Below are positions 34,727 through 41,072 of a stretch of DNA of 41,072 bases, in pieces. The DNA lies in the NCBI GenBank assembly GCA_965649215.1, contig CBFGJZ010000005.1, positions 44,553 to 85,624 of the forward strand. The letters run 5' to 3'. This stretch comes from a candidate division WOR-3 bacterium (GTDB lineage Bacteria > Hydrothermota > Tepidihabitantia > Tepidihabitantales > CAIPLT01). A model generated the notes under the pieces. That model saw only the letters and a program-made list of their open reading frames with translations. It did not search any database and was not told the DNA's origin. The position numbers and the translations under genes are program-made. Each line of letters begins with the position of its first letter. The first letter of the stretch is position 1.

Positions 34727-36109
34727 ATGAGTAGAAAGTTTTATCGATTAGGATTACTGATTGTGTTGTTAAGTTTTGTTTATGGTTCGGATACTTTGGT
34801 ATTGGAATTAAATCAAGCGATTGATTTAGCATTGCAGAATAATAAATCAATTCTTATTGCTCAAGAAAAAGTTAAAGCACAAATTGCCAGCAAAAATGCG
34901 GCACGCGCTGCTTTCTTACCATCTGTGAGTTTAAGCGGTACTTATACTCGCTTAGCCGAATCCCAAGGATTCCCAATGAGCATTGCGATTCCCGGCAAGA
35001 TAAGTTTTCCGGTTTATGATTTTAGCGGTAATATAATTGGATTTACCGAAAGCATTCCTACGACGATTAGAACGATCACCGAGACCCTTAATTTGGTAAA
35101 TAAAGACAATTATAATGTGGGCGCAAAAGTTACTCAGACTTTATTCACCTGGGGAAAATTGATTAATGCCTATCAAATTGCAGGTTTAGCCTTAGATATG
35201 GAAAAAGAAAGTTACGAGCAAGCGATTGAAGATTTAAAACTCCAGGTTATCGAGTCATTTTATAAGACGATTTTAGCTGAAAAGACTTTGCAATTAATGC
35301 AAGAATCATATGCCCAGATGCAACGCCATATTAGTCAAATTGAAAAGTTATACCAAAGTGGGATGGTTGGACAACTGGATTTATTAAGAGCACGAGTGCA
35401 ATTAGCAAATATGCGCTCGCAGGTAATTAGAATTGAAAATGGCTATCGACTCGCGCAAAGTGCTTTGAAGCTTTTAATTGGTCTAAGTGATGAAAAACAT
35501 CTAAAATTGCAGGGTGAATTTGAATTTAGCGGTTATAATATAGATTTAGATACGGCAATTAAGAGTGCCTTACAATACCGTCGCGATCTTAACAATATGC
35601 GACGCACGGTGCAAATGTTGGAAAAAGGCTTGGCAATTGCCCGGACAGCTAATTTGCCAAGTATTTTTTCTGCTTTTAATTATTCTTATGCGAAACCGCT
35701 TAGTGTGACGCAAAGTGATTGGGGGTCGAATTGGAATGCGACCATCGGTGTTTCGATGCCACTGTCATTAGGTGGTGCGAATTGGTATAAGATGAAAGAG
35801 AGTAAAGCACAATTAAAACAAGCACAACTTGGTTTAGCAATGCTTGAAGATGCTGTAAAATTAGATGTCCAGAGTAAGTTATTAACACTTAAGCAAGAAG
35901 AAGAGATACTTTCTTATCAAGCAGAGAATGTTCGTACGGCTGAGCAAGCATTAGTCTTAGCCGAAGAAAAGTATCAAAATGGTTTAATTACTAATTTAGA
36001 GTATCTTGATACCCAGTTGGCATTAACCCAAGCCAAATTAGAACAGATGAATGCAATTGCCAATTGTATCATCGCAAAAGCAAAATTATTAAATGCCATT
36101 GGTCAATAA
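34727..36109 (+). CDS. TolC-family outer membrane efflux protein
   Basis: LNQAIDLALQNN, FLPSVSL, QTLFTWG, two OEP repeats; first gene of tripartite operon. Confidence 0.92.
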   Translation: MSRKFYRLGLLIVLLSFVYGSDTLVLELNQAIDLALQNNKSILIAQEKVKAQIASKNAARAAFLPSVSLSGTYTRLAESQGFPMSIAIPGKISFPVYDFSGNIIGFTESIPTTIRTITETLNLVNKDNYNVGAKVTQTLFTWGKLINAYQIAGLALDMEKESYEQAIEDLKLQVIESFYKTILAEKTLQLMQESYAQMQRHISQIEKLYQSGMVGQLDLLRARVQLANMRSQVIRIENGYRLAQSALKLLIGLSDEKHLKLQGEFEFSGYNIDLDTAIKSALQYRRDLNNMRRTVQMLEKGLAIARTANLPSIFSAFNYSYAKPLSVTQSDWGSNWNATIGVSMPLSLGGANWYKMKESKAQLKQAQLGLAMLEDAVKLDVQSKLLTLKQEEEILSYQAENVRTAEQALVLAEEKYQNGLITNLEYLDTQLALTQAKLEQMNAIANCIIAKAKLLNAIGQ

Positions 36110-36121
36110 AAGGAGCTAATT

Positions 36122-37018
36122 ATGAAAAGAATTATTAAGACATTAACAATTTTACTGGTGGGAGTAGTTTTGGTTATGTTAAACAGTAACTGCCGCCAGC
36201 AAAAGGCAAAAACAGAAAAACGAAAAGCAACCACGGTTAGTGCGGTGACCGTTGAACCCAAAACCGTGTCCAGAACGGTCAATCTTTTCGGTGTAATTTA
36301 CGGTGAAGAACAAGTAGTAGTTACGCCCAAAATCATGGGACGGGTGATACGGATCGTTAAAGGTGAAGGCAGTACTGTTAATGCGGGTGATACGATTTTA
36401 TATATCTTAAATGATATGCCGGGAATGGATTATCAACCAGGGCCGGTGTTATCGCCAATTGCCGGAATGGTCGGCAAAGTTTATGTAGAAATCGGTCAGA
36501 CGGTTAATCAAGCAACCCCGGTGGCAATGGTTTCAAAGTTTTCGGAGAATGTGCGCGTTAAAGCACCAATTAGTGATTTAGATTTACCGTATGTTAAAAA
36601 AGGCGCCGCAGCTTTGGTGTCGGTAACGGCACTGGCAAATGGTGTTTTTCAAGGCAGAGTTAGTAATATTTCGTCAATTCTAGATCCGATTAGCGGCACT
36701 GCCACTGTTGAAATTACGATTCCTAATAAAGATAAAAAACTGATTCCCGGGATGGCTTGTAGTATCAGTTTATTGTTAGAACAAAGAGAAAATGTGATTG
36801 CTTTGCCCTTAGTGGCTTTATTTACAGATGGTTTTTCCAAAGTTTTGGTTGTCGATGAAAATAATATTGCGCGTGCTCGTGAAATTAAAGTTGGTTTGGT
36901 CGGCAATGAATTAGTAGAAATTAAAGATGGTCTTAGGATTGGGGAACGGGTAATTACTGTTGGCAAAGAAAGAGTTAGTGATGGTGATGAAGTTAAAGTA
37001 GTTGAGGTAGGACAATGA
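36122..37018 (+). CDS. RND efflux periplasmic adaptor (MFP)
   Basis: Lipoprotein-like N-terminus, lipoyl halves (GRVIRIVKGEGSTV / SPIAGMV), LIPGM, GLRIGERVI; helical hairpin essentially absent. Confidence 0.9.
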   Translation: MKRIIKTLTILLVGVVLVMLNSNCRQQKAKTEKRKATTVSAVTVEPKTVSRTVNLFGVIYGEEQVVVTPKIMGRVIRIVKGEGSTVNAGDTILYILNDMPGMDYQPGPVLSPIAGMVGKVYVEIGQTVNQATPVAMVSKFSENVRVKAPISDLDLPYVKKGAAALVSVTALANGVFQGRVSNISSILDPISGTATVEITIPNKDKKLIPGMACSISLLLEQRENVIALPLVALFTDGFSKVLVVDENNIARAREIKVGLVGNELVEIKDGLRIGERVITVGKERVSDGDEVKVVEVGQ

Positions 37019-40000
37019 GAATTTCTGACAATGCAATAAAAAGGCCGGTTACCACTTTAATGGTAGCATTGGCATTAATTATTTTTGGTTTCATCGGTGT
37101 ATCGCGAATGTCGATTGATTTATTCCCGAATATCACTTTACCAATGGTTGTCGTCGGTACGATTTATCCTGGCGCAGGTCCTTTAGAAGTAGAAAGCGAA
37201 GTGACGGATGTGTTAGAAAAGCAATTAGGTACAGTACCAAATTTAAAAGAATTGACCTCACGTACTGCAGAAGGCGTTTCGATTATTATGATGCAACTCG
37301 AATGGGGAACTGACTTAGATGCGATTTCAGCTGATATCCGTGATAAATTAAATCAAGCTGAGGTATCTTTACCTAAAGATGCCCAAAAGCCATTTTTGCT
37401 CAAATTTGATGTTTCAATGATGCCGGTGGTAAATATTACATTAGCAGGTGATATTCCAGAGACCGAATTGCGCGATATTGCCGATGATGTAGCAACTCGT
37501 CTACAACGAATTAATGGTGTTGCGGCAGTGGGTATTTCCGGAGGGGCAAAAAGGCAAGTGCAGATTGTGATCGATCTACGTGAATTAGCTCAATATAATA
37601 TTTCGTTAGATGCCATCACAATGGCATTGAAAGCACAGAACATTAACTTTCCGGTTGGCTCAGTAATAACACCGGATCAAAAATTTATTATCCGACTTAT
37701 TGGACAGTATGACAATATTGAAGAAATCAGAAATACAGTAGTTGGAGCAAAAGGGACAACTCCGATTTTATTACGGCAGCTGGCACAAGTCAATTGGACG
37801 AGTGAAGAAACTAAAAACTATGCTCGGTTAAATGAGAAGAACGCAATGTTTATGTGGGTACAACGACGGCCAGATGCAAATACCATTCAAGTTGTTGATG
37901 CAGTGAAGGCAGAGATTAAGAGGATCGAAGCATCCCTACCGCCATCTGTGAAGTTACAGGTTTTCTGGGATAATTCACAATCTATCAAGCGGTCAATTAA
38001 AAATGTGGTTACCAATCTTATTTTAGGTGGTATCTTGGCTATCTTTATTTTGTTTCTGTTTTTGCGTCGTCTCCGAGCGACCTTATTTGTAGCTTTTGCA
38101 ATTCCGATCTCAATATTTTTTGCTCTGTTTTTTATGTACTTGGCAGGGTTTACCGTAAATGTACTTTCGATGGCAGGACTTGCAATTGCCGTTGGGATGG
38201 TAGTTGATAACGGCGTAGTTGTCTTTGAAAGTATTTATCGAAAACGCGAGAGTGGTGAAGATGCAATAAAAGCAGCCAGTATTGGTGCCGATGAAGTAGC
38301 AATGGCAATAATCGCATCCACTTTGACAACTTTAGCGGTTTTCTTTCCCCTCTTATTGTTAAAAGGTCTTATCGCCGTATTTTTCAAAGAATTATCGTGG
38401 GCAATTATTTTTTCATTAACCGCATCGTTAGCAGTAGCATTGACTTTGATTCCGATGTTATCTAGCCGATTCTTGAAAATGTCAGCGGCAGGTACTAAAG
38501 ATAAGGGATTTATCGGCGCTTCAGAAAAAGTTTATAAAAAATTAGAAGCTTTTTATTGTAAAGTGATTAACTGGGCTTTAAGGCATCGTAAGACAATTAT
38601 TTTTGGTACTTTGGGTTTATTTTTAATAAGTTTAATGATTGTTCCATTTCTGGGTACTGAATTTATGCCCGAGCAACGCAGCCGATTTTCAGAACTTGTT
38701 GTAGAAATGCCTCGCGGAACGAATTTAGAAAAGACCAATCAAGCGGTCTCGATTTTAGAAAAGCATCTTTTGGAAAAATGGCAAGACCAATTAGACGGAA
38801 TGATTGTACAAGTGGGTGAAGCAGCAAGTATCTTTCAAGAAATATTTGGTCAATCTGGAACCAATTATGCGGAGATTAATTTTCTCTTAAAAAAAGATGC
38901 TAAAATAACAACGACCGAAATTGAACAAGATGCGCGGCGTAAAGCAAGTGAAATTCCAGGTTTAATTGTGCGTTCTAGTCGCACTGGTGGTTTTACAACG
39001 ATGTTTGGCGGCGGTGCCGCAGTACAAGTTGAAATCATCGGACACGATATTAATATCGGTGATTCTCTTAATAATTTGCTTTTATCATTAATTAGAGATG
39101 TGAATGGAGTAGTTGATTTAAAGTCTAATCGCGAAAAGGGAGCACCAGAAATACAATTAGTCATTGACCGGGTTAAAGCCGCCAATTATGGTCTTACACC
39201 ATATCAGATTGGCAGTGCTTTACGTACTCAAATTGAAGGGAATGTTGCAACTCAATACCGATTAGGTGGCAAGGAATATGATATCTTACTCAGAGTTAAA
39301 CAAGACCAGCGAAGTGATATAAGCAGTATTTTAGGAACTGTGATTAACGGACCAATGGGAGCTGTGCTTTTAAAAAATGTTGTGAGTATCAAAACGGGTT
39401 CAAGTCCATTACAAATCGAACATAAAAATACGGAACGAATTATTACCATCACCGGTAATGTAGTAGGTCGGTCAGCTGGCAAAGTGGCTCAAGAAGTAAA
39501 TCAAATTGTGAGTAAACTAACCCCACCGCCGGGCTTTGACATTAAAGTAACTGGTTCATTTGAACAGATGCAGCAGTCTTTTAAGGATATTGGTTTTGCT
39601 ATCTTCATTGCGGTGATTTTAGTATTTATGGTTATGGCATCACAATTTGAATCTTTCCGCGATCCATTTATTATTCTCTTTACGATTCCTTTAGCGGTCA
39701 TCGGTGTGATTTGGATACTCTTTATTACCAAAACAACGCTTTCGGTTATCTCGGGAATCGGTATTTTAGTATTGGCCGGTATTGTAGTGAATAACGGGAT
39801 TGTTTACATTGATTATGTGAATCAATTACGAAGAAAACAGAATATGCAATTAGAAGAAGCAGTTGCTTATGCGGGTCGAATTCGGATGCGGCCAATTCTA
39901 ATGACGGCGTTGACCACAATCTTTGGTCTGATTCCGTTAGCTTTAAAACTTGGTGAAGGTTCAGAATTATGGTCACCACTGGGTCGAGCGGTAATTGGTG

Positions 40001-40104
40001 GAATGGTTGTTTCAACTTTCTTAACATTAGTGTTTATTCCCACGCTTTACACAACTTTTGAAAAACGCTCAGAACGAAAACGATTGTCAAACCAAGTAAA
40101 GTAA
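37015..40104 (+). CDS. RND efflux permease (AcrB/AcrD/AcrF family)
   Basis: IKRPV, YPGAGP.EVE, GMVVDNGVVV.E, GIVVNNGI, RMRPILMT; 1029 aa. Confidence 0.95.
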   Translation: MRISDNAIKRPVTTLMVALALIIFGFIGVSRMSIDLFPNITLPMVVVGTIYPGAGPLEVESEVTDVLEKQLGTVPNLKELTSRTAEGVSIIMMQLEWGTDLDAISADIRDKLNQAEVSLPKDAQKPFLLKFDVSMMPVVNITLAGDIPETELRDIADDVATRLQRINGVAAVGISGGAKRQVQIVIDLRELAQYNISLDAITMALKAQNINFPVGSVITPDQKFIIRLIGQYDNIEEIRNTVVGAKGTTPILLRQLAQVNWTSEETKNYARLNEKNAMFMWVQRRPDANTIQVVDAVKAEIKRIEASLPPSVKLQVFWDNSQSIKRSIKNVVTNLILGGILAIFILFLFLRRLRATLFVAFAIPISIFFALFFMYLAGFTVNVLSMAGLAIAVGMVVDNGVVVFESIYRKRESGEDAIKAASIGADEVAMAIIASTLTTLAVFFPLLLLKGLIAVFFKELSWAIIFSLTASLAVALTLIPMLSSRFLKMSAAGTKDKGFIGASEKVYKKLEAFYCKVINWALRHRKTIIFGTLGLFLISLMIVPFLGTEFMPEQRSRFSELVVEMPRGTNLEKTNQAVSILEKHLLEKWQDQLDGMIVQVGEAASIFQEIFGQSGTNYAEINFLLKKDAKITTTEIEQDARRKASEIPGLIVRSSRTGGFTTMFGGGAAVQVEIIGHDINIGDSLNNLLLSLIRDVNGVVDLKSNREKGAPEIQLVIDRVKAANYGLTPYQIGSALRTQIEGNVATQYRLGGKEYDILLRVKQDQRSDISSILGTVINGPMGAVLLKNVVSIKTGSSPLQIEHKNTERIITITGNVVGRSAGKVAQEVNQIVSKLTPPPGFDIKVTGSFEQMQQSFKDIGFAIFIAVILVFMVMASQFESFRDPFIILFTIPLAVIGVIWILFITKTTLSVISGIGILVLAGIVVNNGIVYIDYVNQLRRKQNMQLEEAVAYAGRIRMRPILMTALTTIFGLIPLALKLGEGSELWSPLGRAVIGGMVVSTFLTLVFIPTLYTTFEKRSERKRLSNQVK

Positions 40105-40568
40105 AGGATCGTTTTGTTGAAAATACATCTCAAAGTTTAGGCCGAGCGATATTATCTTATATACTGTTAATAAATAACAGAAATCTTAAGGTTGAATGTG
40201 CAAATTAAAAGAATCTTGGTTTGTAAAATACAAAAAATAAACTCTTCTTATTATGAATTAATAAATTAGACAATTTGAGTTTGTCTACTGGCGACTTAAT
40301 CAGCCGACTATCCGAGAGCCATAGGTAAGAATTAGCCACACAAATGGCATGCTCCACTACTATATCCTCCGATGATTTACTAAGGCGAAAGTTTTATCTT
40401 TACGGTTACTATCTACTAAATTAAGAATAATCTTTAGTGATAATTTTACCCCTACCCCTAATAATAATTATATATAAAAAATATGATTGTGTGAAGGTAA
40501 TTTTTATAACTTCTATTGTTATAACAATTTAACAAAGACAATTCAAAATTTTTTTCTTTCTGAAATAC

Positions 40569-40596
40569 TTGACAAAAATTATATTAATTGTATAGT
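40569..40596 (+). promoter_or_regulatory. Sigma70-type promoter
   Basis: TTGACA-N16-TATAGT upstream of the ORF at 40736. Confidence 0.55.
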
Positions 40597-40735
40597 AAGT
40601 AGATAGAATTCAAATAGTAGATTGATTATCTTATAGTTCCTAATCAATATACTAAAGCGGGGTGATTATTAGCAAATATTATCAAATTATTACCATATCA
40701 CAAGCTATTAATAAAAGAAGCAAGAAGGAGGATGT

Positions 40736-41072
40736 ATGAATAAAAATATTATAAAAGTATTATTTGCAATGTCTGTTCTATTGCCAATAATGCTCAACGC
40801 ACAAAATCTACCCAATCGAACTTATGGTGGTACGCTATCCGAGCGAGCGCATGCTTTGGTACAAAGCGGAGGTGAAAGTGTAAATTATATCATGGCTGGC
40901 TTTACAACTATGCCTTTAGATACGAATATTCTCGTTGTTAGGATAGATTCAGCAGGTAATGTATTACAAGCCAAAATCGGTTATGGTCAATATACTGAAA
41001 TTGCAACTTCGATGATTAAAACAATATCGGAACCCGGCTACATTTTGACTGGTTGGACCAGAGATTTTGGGG
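40736..41072 (+). CDS. Secreted beta-propeller-repeat protein (partial, runs off window)
   Basis: AAGGAGG SD; MNKNIIKVLFAMSVLLPIMLNA signal peptide, then RTYGGTLSERAHALVQ..YIMAG..LVVRIDSAGN..GYILTGWT repeats. Confidence 0.8.
   Translation, partial: MNKNIIKVLFAMSVLLPIMLNAQNLPNRTYGGTLSERAHALVQSGGESVNYIMAGFTTMPLDTNILVVRIDSAGNVLQAKIGYGQYTEIATSMIKTISEPGYILTGWTRDFG

Noticed and set aside
1889-40027. Short ORFs in the track that overlap long genes (e.g. 1889-2104, 6279-6530, 7860-8320, 12129-14699, 16843-18916 antisense, 23317-23640, 24842-28577, 36649-40027)
   Set aside because: Shadow or alternate-frame ORFs inside well-supported genes, with no motifs or SD evidence.

Overview
AT-rich bacterial chromosomal window. 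Gene content (BamD, DivIVA, FlgD/T9SS-type C-terminal sorting domain protein, DUF6754-type membrane cluster) suggests a diderm FCB-associated candidate lineage such as WOR-3; this is an inference. Left to right: a minus-strand housekeeping block (PASTA protein, fmt, def, yajC, nadD, bamD, purine nucleoside phosphorylase, divIVA, BirA-like ligase, hbd); then asnS, an EF-Tu-domain-II-like protein, an unannotated 40-aa basic ORF resembling ribosomal protein bS22, and addB/addA; a stand-alone 123-aa gene at 15330-15701; cupin and MazG-like genes; a four-gene uncharacterised membrane cluster, a Wzi-like barrel and sucCD; a 1633-aa modular secreted protein; a Pho-box-preceded porin-pstSCAB-phoU operon; a TolC/MFP/RND efflux operon; and the start of another secreted protein. 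The top finding is the 123-aa protein. It aligns by eye along most of its length with the major capsid protein of archaeal rudiviruses (SIRV2 fold, which wraps DNA in A-form), yet no other viral gene is nearby, so it may be a domesticated DNA-coating protein. Three long intergenic tracts carry related or about 12-bp periodic motifs. Promoters mostly use a 16-bp spacer and several transcripts look leaderless. GC skew appears to flip near 28.8 kb. No tRNA, rRNA, CRISPR array, transposase or integrase was recognised. All family assignments are by motif recognition, with no database searches.
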